DNA of 64,000 nt from a virus. The notes beneath the pieces are model-generated. The model worked only from the letters and a program-made list of their open reading frames with translations. It did no database searches and was not told the DNA's origin. A program made the position numbers and the translations under genes. The DNA lies in the IMG/VR virus record IMGVR_UViG_3300049489_001303, positions 106,145-170,144 of that record. The stretch is one strand, 5' to 3'. Positions 46,259 to 55,123 of this stretch are shown piece after piece (the first letter of the stretch is position 1; the number at the start of each line of letters is the position of its first letter).

Positions 46259-47536
46259 TCACTTCTCTGAAAATCTTCGCTGGATAGCGTCCCGTAATTT
46301 AGACCCACCGTAATAGATGCCACCGCCAGTCGCCAAGGCCAGGGGGAGGGTGCGGGTAAGGGCGTTTCTTCGAAGGGCTCTGATAACCTCGGGCGTATCT
46401 GCAGCTGTTGTTAAAAACAGTTTTCGAGCCAATGTCTTCGTCGAGGGAACAACCTGAGGTCCGTACTCCAAGATGTCTTTCTTTGGCCATTCAGAGTAGT
46501 CCAATCCCTCGTAGGGAATTCCCTTCTTCAGCTGGTGCGCGACTACCCTTGCCGCCAGTTCGGGTGCTGCCAGGCCTCCCACAACAGATGCTGCCATAAC
46601 GGGATCCTGGGCCGTACCATAAGCCGCTCCTCCCAATGCTGCTCCCAAAGCTGCCCTGGAGCCATAGCGGTAAGCTGCACGATCCAACAACCCCTTATAG
46701 GCTCTTGTCTGATGCCCTAAAGAAGCTGCCACTGGAACAAAGCCGGAACCTTCTCGGAGGAAATCTGCAGGAAGCATCTCACCGGGTAGCTTACCCCTGA
46801 AGCCGGAGGCCGTTCCTGCAGCGGCGTGCGCCTCTGCGGGGAACGACGAACACATCTGATCCTTGCATACGTTCTTCTCCAGATGTCTTTTAACCCGGTC
46901 TTTACCCGATCTGAATATCTTGGGGACGAATAGATCTCTGAAGGTTGCGTGGATACCCTTGCTGAAGCTGTATTCTCTGTTCGTTCTTTTCGCCAACTCT
47001 TCGAGATACGTGGCTTGCTGTTCGGGGGTCATGGGGCGCTCAGGGCGTATAAGAACAGCGTCCTTATATTTGTGGTGCGCCATGTGGGCTCTGAGTGTTC
47101 GGGACTGATTAGACGCCGCCTGTGGGGTGGGAATGTGGCGCCCATCATCCCCACGGAGAGCTTCTCCAGCATCTAAAATTGTGGCCTTGCCCTTGCGTTT
47201 ACCGTTGATCGCTGCGGCATGAAAAAACTCACTGCCCGAGAACGGTGATTGTGTTGCTTTGAACCCTTCCCAGGAGGGTCTGGAGACGAGTAGGATGTCT
47301 CCAGGTTGCGCCATTCTTTCGAGATCTTTCAGGGACGCATGCGTCACATTGGGATTGAGGTGCGGGTCATGAACCAGCTTCTTCTCCCCGATCATACCTA
47401 AAAAAGGTGACGCTGCTGCCGCGGCACCAATCCCAAGGCTTACGTCCCTATGATCCTGCCCACTGCTCATGGCGTATTTATCGAAGGCTGCCAGATATCC
47501 CTGATTGCGGAATAATAGAAGTGCTGCGTGGGTCAT
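46259..47536 (-). CDS. Permuted NlpC/P60 (YiiX/YaeF-like) papain-fold enzyme with K-x-A leader
   Basis: QPGDILL..FFHAA..EY..MCSSF (His before Cys); N-terminal AAFDKYA; glycine-rich hydrophobic helices. Confidence 0.75.
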   Translation of the reverse strand: MTHAALLLFRNQGYLAAFDKYAMSSGQDHRDVSLGIGAAAAASPFLGMIGEKKLVHDPHLNPNVTHASLKDLERMAQPGDILLVSRPSWEGFKATQSPFSGSEFFHAAAINGKRKGKATILDAGEALRGDDGRHIPTPQAASNQSRTLRAHMAHHKYKDAVLIRPERPMTPEQQATYLEELAKRTNREYSFSKGIHATFRDLFVPKIFRSGKDRVKRHLEKNVCKDQMCSSFPAEAHAAAGTASGFRGKLPGEMLPADFLREGSGFVPVAASLGHQTRAYKGLLDRAAYRYGSRAALGAALGGAAYGTAQDPVMAASVVGGLAAPELAARVVAHQLKKGIPYEGLDYSEWPKKDILEYGPQVVPSTKTLARKLFLTTAADTPEVIRALRRNALTRTLPLALATGGGIYYGGSKLRDAIQRRFSEK

Positions 47537-47581
47537 GTCTTATACTTCCTCCATAACACTTCAATTATAGGAGGCTTCCAC

Positions 47582-47875
47582 ATGACCGACGAACAGAAAA
47601 AAGAAACACTCAGCAGCGTAGAGAAGAAGGCCCTTCACAGCAAGAAGTTCCTTGCGTGGCTCATCCAGCAGATTCTGATGTGCGGGATGGCTATCGTGGC
47701 GTTGGTGAAACAGCCTGACATTGGCTGGCCGCTGGCGTCCTACATGGGCGGCATCGTGTTCATGATGGGCATCAGCACCATGTGGTATCTGGGCAAACAG
47801 GCTGCCGTTGATTCGGCGGTGCGGGGCTATGCTATGCTGGCGGGGAAGAAGGATTCTACTGACGCTGGCGCATAG
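47582..47875 (+). CDS. Holin-like two-TM membrane protein
   Basis: GGAGG RBS; SKKFLA followed by two hydrophobic helices. Confidence 0.55.
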   Translation: MTDEQKKETLSSVEKKALHSKKFLAWLIQQILMCGMAIVALVKQPDIGWPLASYMGGIVFMMGISTMWYLGKQAAVDSAVRGYAMLAGKKDSTDAGA

Positions 47876-48746
47876 ACTGGCGCGGAACTTCTGGCCCCAC
47901 CTCAGGGAGCATCATACCTTTACGCGCACGACTGTCCATGTAACTCTGAACAGCTGAATCACTCAAGGCTCCCGGGGCGCTACGCTCTGACGGTGCTGCG
48001 CGTAAGGATTGGCGAGGAACTTCCGGACCTACCTCTGGGAGCTGCATACCCCAATGGGAACGGCTGTCCAAATAGGCAGAGCGCCCGGCATCCGTCATAG
48101 GCTCCGGCTTACCGCCGCGGTACTCGGGAGCTGCACGCATAGACTGGCGAGGAACTTCCGGGCCTACGTCGGGGAGCATCATGCCTTTGTGTGCGCGGCT
48201 ATCCATATAAGATGCACGATCGGCGTCTGTCATGTATTTCTGCCCTGTAGGGCCTTTTGCTTGCAAAGCCGAAACTGCGGAGGGTTTAGACTCTGCTGGG
48301 GACGACACGGGGGTCTGTCCCTTAGAGGCTACCACAGGGGCCACGGGCGCAGCATGGGACTCGGGAGTCTTGGGTGCGCCACCCTGAAACTTACTGAGGT
48401 CTACGCCCTTATTCCATTTCTGGAGGCGTGCCATCTGCTCAGGATCACCATTGGCCGCGGCGAGCTGCTGCCGAAGCCGGGCTTGCCAACCACCGGTGTT
48501 GCCGCCGGTGTGTTTGCGCTCATTGGATGCCACGGCGGTGGGAGCCTGCTGCATAAGCTCCTTCCTCCAAGAATCTGAGCCCGGCATCACCTTCCCGGGG
48601 AGGAGTGCCCCTACGGGATTCGCTTTTGGTTCCGTGGGTTCCGTACTGAGAGAGAACATGGGCGGAACATCCCCTGCCATGCCTTTACCTGGTGCCGCCA
48701 TCTTCTGCAAAGTTATACGTGCTATCTGCGCCGCTGTTTTGATCAT
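47856..48746 (-). CDS. K-x-A leader protein with three C-terminal repeats
   Basis: MIKTAAQIARITLQKMAA; three copies of Y[ML]DSR...GM.LP[DE]VGPEVPRQS[ML]R. Confidence 0.7.
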   Translation of the reverse strand: MIKTAAQIARITLQKMAAPGKGMAGDVPPMFSLSTEPTEPKANPVGALLPGKVMPGSDSWRKELMQQAPTAVASNERKHTGGNTGGWQARLRQQLAAANGDPEQMARLQKWNKGVDLSKFQGGAPKTPESHAAPVAPVVASKGQTPVSSPAESKPSAVSALQAKGPTGQKYMTDADRASYMDSRAHKGMMLPDVGPEVPRQSMRAAPEYRGGKPEPMTDAGRSAYLDSRSHWGMQLPEVGPEVPRQSLRAAPSERSAPGALSDSAVQSYMDSRARKGMMLPEVGPEVPRQSMRQRQ

Positions 48747-48836
48747 GTGTAAGGCTCCCTTGTTGCAAATCTTCCTCTATATTATAGAAGAACCGTGGTA
48801 TAACAACTAGAATATTCACAAAGAAAGGACTACACG

Positions 48837-49052
48837 ATGAGTCACAAAAGAACTTTACAATCCAGGTTCCGCTCCGACAAGAGATGGCGCACGTCGTCCT
48901 TTGCCGGGTCCAAAGTTATTCTGTTGGGGGTGGGGGCTGATGATCGTTTCAATGGTGAGACGTTGAGTGTGTACACGTGGTTGGTGCCATGGCTGTTTCA
49001 TGAAATGGAGCCGATCTCTACGGAGAGGTTCACTGCCAGGAGACTGGCGTGA
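48837..49052 (+). CDS. Hypothetical protein heading glycine-rich array A
   Basis: AAGGA RBS; TGGTATAA motif upstream at 48796. Confidence 0.55.
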   Translation: MSHKRTLQSRFRSDKRWRTSSFAGSKVILLGVGADDRFNGETLSVYTWLVPWLFHEMEPISTERFTARRLA

Positions 49053-49288
49053 TTCGCAGGTATGTGGACTACCCCCGACAACTCGGGACGCTGGAGATGG
49101 GTGGGGGCATGGGGACTTACTCGGAAACACTACACTTCACAGGCACGGTCAAATCTGGGGGAGGATCCGGTGGTGGGTATTCCGGGATGCTGGGTAATGC
49201 TTATGGCACCGGCCCTTGCGGCCTGGGCGGCTCCAGATTTGGAAATGGGACCTGTATGAGCATTGCCCCCGATGAGTACTTCCAATGA
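49049..49288 (+). CDS. Glycine-rich microprotein A1
   Basis: 79 aa; GTGA/ATGA overlaps; GGGSGGGYSG. Confidence 0.65.
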   Translation: MIRRYVDYPRQLGTLEMGGGMGTYSETLHFTGTVKSGGGSGGGYSGMLGNAYGTGPCGLGGSRFGNGTCMSIAPDEYFQ

Positions 49289-49377
49289 GAGATGAACACG
49301 AGCCTTGGTTCTGGGGATGCGTTGCAGCGCTGGTGCTGGTGCAGCTCTTTTATGGGGTGAGAGCGTGTCTCCAATGA
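49285..49377 (+). CDS. 30-aa single-TM peptide
   Basis: MRDEHEPWFWGCVAALVLVQLFYGVRACLQ; exactly fills the gap with ATGA overlaps at both ends. Confidence 0.55.
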   Translation: MRDEHEPWFWGCVAALVLVQLFYGVRACLQ

Positions 49378-49568
49378 GAACCCTGAATGAGTATATCCGC
49401 TCAGAGAGTCCAAAATCCACTGGCCGCGGTGACGGTTTCGACTTCGGGATCGGGTTGGGTACCGGTATAGGCTTTGGGATCCCCTTTGGTCTTAATGACG
49501 GTTCTGGTAAGGGCTTCGGCGGCCAGGACCTCTGGGGTCTGGAGATCGATGAAGAGGAGATGTTATGA
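49374..49568 (+). CDS. Glycine-rich microprotein A2
   Basis: MRTL...GRGDGFDFGIGLGTGIGFG. Confidence 0.7.
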   Translation: MRTLNEYIRSESPKSTGRGDGFDFGIGLGTGIGFGIPFGLNDGSGKGFGGQDLWGLEIDEEEML

Positions 49569-49804
49569 GGGCCATTCACACGTATCCTGTGGGGGCTGAA
49601 ACATCCTACAGCGATGGCAATGGTGCTGACTTCGGTTTCTGGGACTACGGGGGTGGTGCTGGCGATGGCCGGAGCTACGGCGGTGATGGTTTTGGTGATG
49701 GCTTTGCTTTCGGTGATACTGATGGGGACGGCTACGGGGACCTTAACTGCGATAATCGTGCAGAAGGGCCCGAAATATATGAAAGTGGGGAGTTTGTTAC
49801 CTGA
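49565..49804 (+). CDS. Glycine-rich microprotein A3
   Basis: GGAG RBS; GDGFGDGFAFGDTDGDGYGD. Confidence 0.7.
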   Translation: MRAIHTYPVGAETSYSDGNGADFGFWDYGGGAGDGRSYGGDGFGDGFAFGDTDGDGYGDLNCDNRAEGPEIYESGEFVT

Positions 49805-50010
49805 TGCGAACCCTCACAGACAACCTCCCCCACCGCGGAGATGGGATAATGCCCTACCTGGATACGCTCTTCGGCGATCGTTTCGGAGGTGGCTGCGGCT
49901 ATGGGGCGGGTGGCTATGGCCTTCCGGATATGTTCTTCCCTATGGAGGATCCGGACACTGAGTTTACACACGCATACGGCCCGGCGCTGAGTGCGTGGGA
50001 GGTACAATGA
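49804..50010 (+). CDS. Glycine-rich microprotein A4
   Basis: MRTL..RGDG..GGGCGYGAGGYG; TGATG overlap. Confidence 0.7.
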   Translation: MRTLTDNLPHRGDGIMPYLDTLFGDRFGGGCGYGAGGYGLPDMFFPMEDPDTEFTHAYGPALSAWEVQ

Positions 50011-50228
50011 AAACAGTGACAGGTGAGAGTGTTTACCGGGGAGACGGTCACTCTGGCGGCTTTGGGTGGGGCTTTACCTCCGGTAGGGGCAGTGGGTGCG
50101 GCGCCATGAATCCTGTTCAAAGGGGGAATGGTTACGGCTGCGGCGAACCCTTTGGCAATCACGCCGGAGACTCCGTTTTCGACTACCTCCCCCATGGTGA
50201 CGTTATAGATATGACGAGGACACAATGA
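50007..50228 (+). CDS. Glycine-rich microprotein A5
   Basis: GGAGG RBS; MKTVTGES..RGDG..GGFGWG. Confidence 0.7.
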   Translation: MKTVTGESVYRGDGHSGGFGWGFTSGRGSGCGAMNPVQRGNGYGCGEPFGNHAGDSVFDYLPHGDVIDMTRTQ

Positions 50229-50446
50229 GAATAGTAACAGGTGAATCCCTCCCCTCCCGCGGGGACGGGTGTGAGGGTGGCTTTGGGTGGGGATATAACA
50301 AGCACGGTGGTGGGGGTATGAGCAGATTCTACGTCGGCCAAGGGTCCGGCTACGGGTTCGGTTTCGAATTCGGTAACTCTGTGGGAGGTAGCTTCAGCTC
50401 CTATTGGCCCATCGGCGCTAACCCGATAAGAGGGGATTTGCAATGA
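50225..50446 (+). CDS. Glycine-rich microprotein A6 (close paralogue of A5)
   Basis: MRIVTGES..RGDG..GGFGWG..GYG.G..FGN. Confidence 0.7.
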   Translation: MRIVTGESLPSRGDGCEGGFGWGYNKHGGGGMSRFYVGQGSGYGFGFEFGNSVGGSFSSYWPIGANPIRGDLQ

Positions 50447-50670
50447 GCATCCGAACATACTACGTGGTTGAAACCCTCAGGAATCACCTCTACATCAACA
50501 TTGGCACAGGCATCGGTAATGGTTTTAATTTCGGATCCCACGATGAAACATACAGCTTTGATGGGGATGGGCAAGGTTACGGATATGGTTCGGACCTGGG
50601 CCTGGCTCCCCGTGAGCACATACTGTCGTATTGTTTCCCCGCAATTAGAAAGGGTTTTGAGCATGAGTAG
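50443..50670 (+). CDS. Glycine-rich microprotein A7
   Basis: GTGIGNGFNFG..DGDGQGYGYG; ATGA overlap. Confidence 0.65.
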   Translation: MSIRTYYVVETLRNHLYINIGTGIGNGFNFGSHDETYSFDGDGQGYGYGSDLGLAPREHILSYCFPAIRKGFEHE

Positions 50671-51304
50671 TGACTTGTATAAGAAATGGTTCGAGGTGGG
50701 TTCCACTACAGAACCCATTAATCATGCGGTGGCTGAAGAGACGCTGCGTAGAGCCTACGCCGCGGCGGGCTTGAGTGAGTTGGAAGAGATAACCTGGGTA
50801 GACTCGCCGATGGGTGCGATGTTTGCGGCCTCGAGAATATGGCCGGGAGACGAAAAGGGTGGTCTGGCTTATACACTGACGCAGATGGTCTGCTACGGCC
50901 AGCTGGACGCTGGGTGGCACGCCTTTTATGAGCGGTTGGCGAATCATATCGTCGATCGTGCCGGCAGTCTCATGCTCTGCCATGAGCTGGCCACGGTGGC
51001 GCATTGGTGGTGGGCGTTCAAGAAGCATGCGATCATGTGCGAACGTCCCATCGTCTTTTGCGTGGATGAGGCGCTGCGTCCCCACTGCACCACCGGCCCG
51101 GCGATTCGGTATCGTGACGGCTTTGAAATATACGCCGTTGGGGGCGTGAGGGTGCCGCAGGTTGCAATACTGAAACCCACGGAGATCACCGCTGAGATGA
51201 TTATGGGACAGGGGGATATCAAGGTCAGGAGTGCCATGCGGTCACTCGCCCCGGCGATTGTGGGGCTGTTGAGTGCAGAGGCTGACACAGGCGACACTTT
51301 ATGA
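50663..51304 (+). CDS. DUF6745-like phage protein
   Basis: YGQLDAGW, WWW..CERP..HC.TGPAIRYRDGFEIYA.GGVRVP. Confidence 0.75.
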   Translation: MSSDLYKKWFEVGSTTEPINHAVAEETLRRAYAAAGLSELEEITWVDSPMGAMFAASRIWPGDEKGGLAYTLTQMVCYGQLDAGWHAFYERLANHIVDRAGSLMLCHELATVAHWWWAFKKHAIMCERPIVFCVDEALRPHCTTGPAIRYRDGFEIYAVGGVRVPQVAILKPTEITAEMIMGQGDIKVRSAMRSLAPAIVGLLSAEADTGDTL

Positions 51305-51319
51305 GCTACAATTAACGGC

Positions 51320-51739
51320 ATGGATACTCTACCTGTTTACATAGGACTTCTCGCTTTCTTCACTCAGATATGGGTTCACGAGGGCAGCCATCTGGCCATG
51401 GTGAAGATCCTGGCGCCGGAGTCACGCATCAGAAGCTTCAAACCTTGGCCCCATATTCAGAATAAGCGTCTGTATATGGGGCGTTTGGTAGTGGACAATC
51501 CCACCCCGCTAAGGGGATTGCATCTGTGCTACTTCCTGGCCGCGCCGCTGATTGGGGCCACAATAGCACTCTGCATCTACGGGGCGTTGGGGGACCTGTT
51601 TGTACTGGCCTGCATTTCCCCACTGATCGATATCGCTTTCTGGATGCTTTGTGCTATGCTCCTACCCGCAGACCCCGATGAGACAACAAACGACGGGCCA
51701 CGCTGTATGGCCGCTTGGAAGGATAAAGATGCACGCTAG
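51320..51739 (+). CDS. Membrane protein with HExxH (M50/zincin-like)
   Basis: WVHEGSH within a hydrophobic helix; LAAPL and a downstream Asp. Confidence 0.5.
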   Translation: MDTLPVYIGLLAFFTQIWVHEGSHLAMVKILAPESRIRSFKPWPHIQNKRLYMGRLVVDNPTPLRGLHLCYFLAAPLIGATIALCIYGALGDLFVLACISPLIDIAFWMLCAMLLPADPDETTNDGPRCMAAWKDKDAR

Positions 51740-52070
51740 AGAACGCATAGCTGCCCATTGTGCAGAAAACGAAGAGGCTATTGTCGCCTACACCCAAGAG
51801 CTGCGGAGAGACAGTGAGAACTACTGTGTGGCGCATGGGGGTCACTTCTTCTCACCCTGGCACGTGACGTCCACCAACCCCATATTCAATGTGCCCTGCC
51901 TGGAAGAGCGCCGATGCGCCGCCTGTGGGTCTACTGAAACCCGGACACCCGAGTATGCTCAGCTGGACATCCAGCGCTTTGCCAGTACCTCAGATGATGA
52001 CCCCTTCCTCTTCCGACAGAAGAACGCCCCCCGGGTAATAGACATGGATCTTGATGACGAGGATGATTAG
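51729..52070 (+). CDS. Hypothetical Zn-ribbon-like protein
   Basis: C..HGGH.F and RRCAACG. Confidence 0.5.
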   Translation: MHARERIAAHCAENEEAIVAYTQELRRDSENYCVAHGGHFFSPWHVTSTNPIFNVPCLEERRCAACGSTETRTPEYAQLDIQRFASTSDDDPFLFRQKNAPRVIDMDLDDEDD

Positions 52071-52102
52071 GGCTATACTTCTCGGTGATGGAGGACTGAC
52101 AC

Positions 52103-52471
52103 ATGTACAAGACATCTGAAGAGATCGGGTTTGAGGTTTTGGAGAAGGTGGCTGGGCGTTTTGGCGCGGCGTTGAAGGCTGGCAAAGAAGCTTGGAAGAG
52201 CTACGGAGCACCTAAGAAGGTCACTGCCCGTAAAGGCCTGTTGGGGTTTAGAAGCCGCGCTAAGCGCAATGCTGGCAAGACTACTGCCGAGAAAGCCCCC
52301 GCCGCCGAGGTGAGTGTTGGTGGCACCCCCAAAGACAAAACGAACGTTGAGACGTCTGAGCCCAAAGACAAATGGGGCAAGGCCAAGACCGTAGGTCTCC
52401 TCGGCGCTGCTGGCGCTGGCGGTTATGCCCTGGCCAACAAAGGCAGCGAGCAACAGCCTCCGCCCTACTGA
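52103..52471 (+). CDS. K-x-A leader protein, basic, C-terminal glycine zipper
   Basis: MYKTSEEIGFEVLEKVAG; GLLGAAGAGGYALA; GGAGG RBS and TATACT upstream. Confidence 0.7.
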   Translation: MYKTSEEIGFEVLEKVAGRFGAALKAGKEAWKSYGAPKKVTARKGLLGFRSRAKRNAGKTTAEKAPAAEVSVGGTPKDKTNVETSEPKDKWGKAKTVGLLGAAGAGGYALANKGSEQQPPPY

Positions 52472-52531
52472 TTCCCTTCAAAATTTCCCTCACCTTTACG
52501 GTATAAAACTTAAACACGAAAGGAGTTAACC

Positions 52532-52903
52532 TTGCTGTGCATAACTGCACTGACCGAGAACCTGCGTCAATATAGACCTATGATACAGCTGTCAGCAGCC
52601 ACTCAGGAGGGTCGGCTGGTATGGCTCCTACGGTTGTGGGGTTCTGGCCAGGACGCTATGGCACTTGTAAATGCCATCACCCAATCTCCGGAATTGAACG
52701 TCATGTGCTATCAGGACTGTGACGCGTTATCACCCACACTACGGCTGGTTTTAAGTAAGATGGAAACACAAGAGATCGTACACACAACCTTCATTGGCCT
52801 GTTTGAAGCCCTGGGCTCAGAAGGTCTGAGGGCCTTAACCGAAATACCTGAGGAGCACTGGAAAGATGTTCTTAGCCGAATTGATCCGCTACATCCAATC
52901 TAA
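52532..52903 (+). CDS. Hypothetical protein, paralogue of 52866-53282
   Basis: AGGAG RBS; shared Q[LV]SAA..L.W.L and LR..LS...LG.EG..AL..I. Confidence 0.6.
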   Translation: MLCITALTENLRQYRPMIQLSAATQEGRLVWLLRLWGSGQDAMALVNAITQSPELNVMCYQDCDALSPTLRLVLSKMETQEIVHTTFIGLFEALGSEGLRALTEIPEEHWKDVLSRIDPLHPI

Positions 52904-53282
52904 AGCTGCGGGGAACCTGCAAGTTTCTGCTGCACTACCTGGCCGGCAACTATACTGGGTGCTATTCTGTCCTGGCATCGGCCATATGTTCTTTAAGCAG
53001 GTGATTGAAGCCGAGCTCCGCCATTTGTTGTTGGGTACTGGCGGGGAATACTTCGAACAGTTCACAGCCACAAAAGATCTCAACCTGAGGATACGCCTAT
53101 CAGTAGAGGCAACCGAAAAGCTACTGTGGGACACGCCCTTCGGCGAGTTAGTCCTCAACCTTGGCAAAGAAGGGTTTGAAGCCCTTGGTAGAATTGACAA
53201 ACATTCGCTGCAGGAAAATCTTGCAGCTATACGAGGAGAAAAAGATGAAAACGTCGAAAATCAACGAAAACTCACAATTTGA
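52866..53282 (+). CDS. Hypothetical protein, paralogue of 52532-52903
   Basis: Shares Q[LV]SAA..L.W.L and LR..LS...LG.EG..AL..I with the upstream gene. Confidence 0.6.
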   Translation: MFLAELIRYIQSKAAGNLQVSAALPGRQLYWVLFCPGIGHMFFKQVIEAELRHLLLGTGGEYFEQFTATKDLNLRIRLSVEATEKLLWDTPFGELVLNLGKEGFEALGRIDKHSLQENLAAIRGEKDENVENQRKLTI

Positions 53283-53559
53283 CAAAGAACTCGAAATGGC
53301 CGTGCAGAAGGTGCTCGATAACCCGGCGAGCGTCTTTGAGACCAGCCACGAACTGAAGAGCATGGGCTTCCACGCCGCGGCGTCCGCCCTCAAGAAGGTG
53401 GGATATTCCCACACCAAAGCTTCCGGTCTCATCGACTACAAGTCGGCTCCCCCGGCTGGGGCTGTGGTAGTGGGTAAAGGGCCGATGCGGCTCTGGTTCC
53501 ACCCCACATCGCTGTTTGAGAAAGATGTTCGGGCTGTGGCTGAGCGTCTGATCGGTTGA
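53245..53559 (+). CDS. Hypothetical protein
   Basis: GAGGAG RBS, 104 aa. Confidence 0.6.
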   Translation: MKTSKINENSQFDKELEMAVQKVLDNPASVFETSHELKSMGFHAAASALKKVGYSHTKASGLIDYKSAPPAGAVVVGKGPMRLWFHPTSLFEKDVRAVAERLIG

Positions 53560-53566
53560 ACCTACA

Positions 53567-53600
53567 GAGACTGCCTTCATTATGAGGGCAGTTTCTTTTT
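53567..53600 (+). terminator. Intrinsic terminator
   Basis: CTGCCTTCAT/ATGAGGGCAG stem followed by TTTCTTTTT. Confidence 0.7.
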
Positions 53601-53642
53601 GCCTCCGGCCTATAATTGCTTCGTGAAACGGAGGCTTCATCA

Positions 53643-54179
53643 ATGACACCATTAATTGAATTCATGCATCTGCTGACTCTCTATAAACGCCAGTACAAGC
53701 TCCAGGTCTACGCCAAGGACAAGAAGTGGGTGAAGTTCTGGAAAATAGCCGATCGGGCCTACAGAACTATCAGCTTTGGGAGGGGTGGGAGCCTGTTGAA
53801 AGACTACACCACCACCATTGGCCCCTGGATCTTTTTCCCCGCAGGGTGGAAGAGTCAGAACGTATCCACCGAGGATTGTGTCACCCTTCAGCACGAAGCC
53901 GAGCACATCCGTTGGTTCCACGACTTTGGGTTGGGCAATCCCTGGCTGGGGGTGCCTGTGATAGGGTTCCTCTATTTGTTTTTCCCACTGCCCATCGGGG
54001 CAGCGTGGTTCCGCTATGCAATGGAGCGGGAAGCCTACCTGGTATCTATCCAGGCTTGGCGTCACTACGGGGTCAAGGTATCAGGTGACTACTATGCGTC
54101 GAAGATCGCGGGTCCCGGGTATCTGTGGGCGTGGCCTTACAAGAAGGTGGCGGCTTGGTTTAGGGAAAATGTTCGTTAG
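53643..54179 (+). CDS. Zincin-like HExxH membrane-associated protein
   Basis: YTTTIG..LQHEAEHIRW..TM helix..EREAY; TATAAT and GGAGG upstream. Confidence 0.65.
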   Translation: MTPLIEFMHLLTLYKRQYKLQVYAKDKKWVKFWKIADRAYRTISFGRGGSLLKDYTTTIGPWIFFPAGWKSQNVSTEDCVTLQHEAEHIRWFHDFGLGNPWLGVPVIGFLYLFFPLPIGAAWFRYAMEREAYLVSIQAWRHYGVKVSGDYYASKIAGPGYLWAWPYKKVAAWFRENVR

Positions 54180-55123
54180 TTGTCGCTGAGCAGCATGTGG
54201 GCCAGAAGACCTGTTCCGGCCCCGGCCGCACCCATACCCATCACCCGTTTGGCATTTGCACTGTGAGCCAGCGTCTTCAGTATCCGCACAGCTTCATCCG
54301 CGGGAACGTTGTGCTTGGTGCCTTTGATGGTGTCGTTGAGAAGGATGTTCGCGGGGATCTTTCCCTCTCCACGTGCCTTCTCCGCGGCATCGAGCAGCTC
54401 TTTGGGGATACTCTTGATGCCTTCTCGATACTTCACAGCATCCTCGTGGGGGGAAACGAAGTGAGCACCTGCGGCACCTGCAACAGCACCAGCCCCCATC
54501 AATCCCGCCGGGCTGCCGTAACTGCGAGCCGCTTCAGTGATCTGTGGATCCTCATAGTAGGCACTGCCCTCGTCCGCGGCTTGTTTCTGGCCACCGGCCA
54601 GGTTCTCGCGATACTTCTGCTGCTGATCAGCCTGTATCTGCCGGAGAGAGTCGATGTCAGGAAGCTGCTCCGCTGGGGCGAGCTTCTTCTGGGCGGCTTG
54701 TTCGGCATACTCAAGCTTCTTGCGCTCAGCCTCGAGCTGCAACTGCTGCTTCTCCGCGTTGAAAGCCATCTGCTGCTCATGCTTCTCCAGCTTCATTCTC
54801 TCATCATTCAGTTGATCAGCAGCCCACTTAAAGGATTGTCTACGCATTGGTCTCACCGTCGCATTCTTTGTATAATCGCTGTCTTTTCCCGGCAAAGCCG
54901 AGGTACGCATCATTGTTTCTTCGTGACCGCCCGAGGTCTGGGCGCCGGCGGCGAGCATAGCCGTGGTGGGTTCCGCACGGAGACCGGTGTTCACTGTCTT
55001 AAGCCAGTCGGGGGAGGGGGCGCCGCGGGGGGAAGAGTCCTGTGCCGAATCCGGGGCATCCTTGGGCTTACGAGATTCTCGATTGTCGAGAATACTGCGT
55101 AAAGTATCGTAGTCGTTATTCAC
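54176..55123 (-). CDS. Coiled-coil protein with internal K-x-A motifs and glycine zippers
   Basis: KNAT, KWAA and KQAA; GAGAVAGAAGA and GAAGAGTGLLA. Confidence 0.65.
   Translation of the reverse strand: MNNDYDTLRSILDNRESRKPKDAPDSAQDSSPRGAPSPDWLKTVNTGLRAEPTTAMLAAGAQTSGGHEETMMRTSALPGKDSDYTKNATVRPMRRQSFKWAADQLNDERMKLEKHEQQMAFNAEKQQLQLEAERKKLEYAEQAAQKKLAPAEQLPDIDSLRQIQADQQQKYRENLAGGQKQAADEGSAYYEDPQITEAARSYGSPAGLMGAGAVAGAAGAHFVSPHEDAVKYREGIKSIPKELLDAAEKARGEGKIPANILLNDTIKGTKHNVPADEAVRILKTLAHSANAKRVMGMGAAGAGTGLLAHMLLSDN

Noticed and set aside
49049-50670. RiPP precursor cluster
   Set aside because: No radical SAM, YcaO, lanthipeptide or transporter genes in the window and no clear shared leader/core boundary; kept only as a minor hypothesis.
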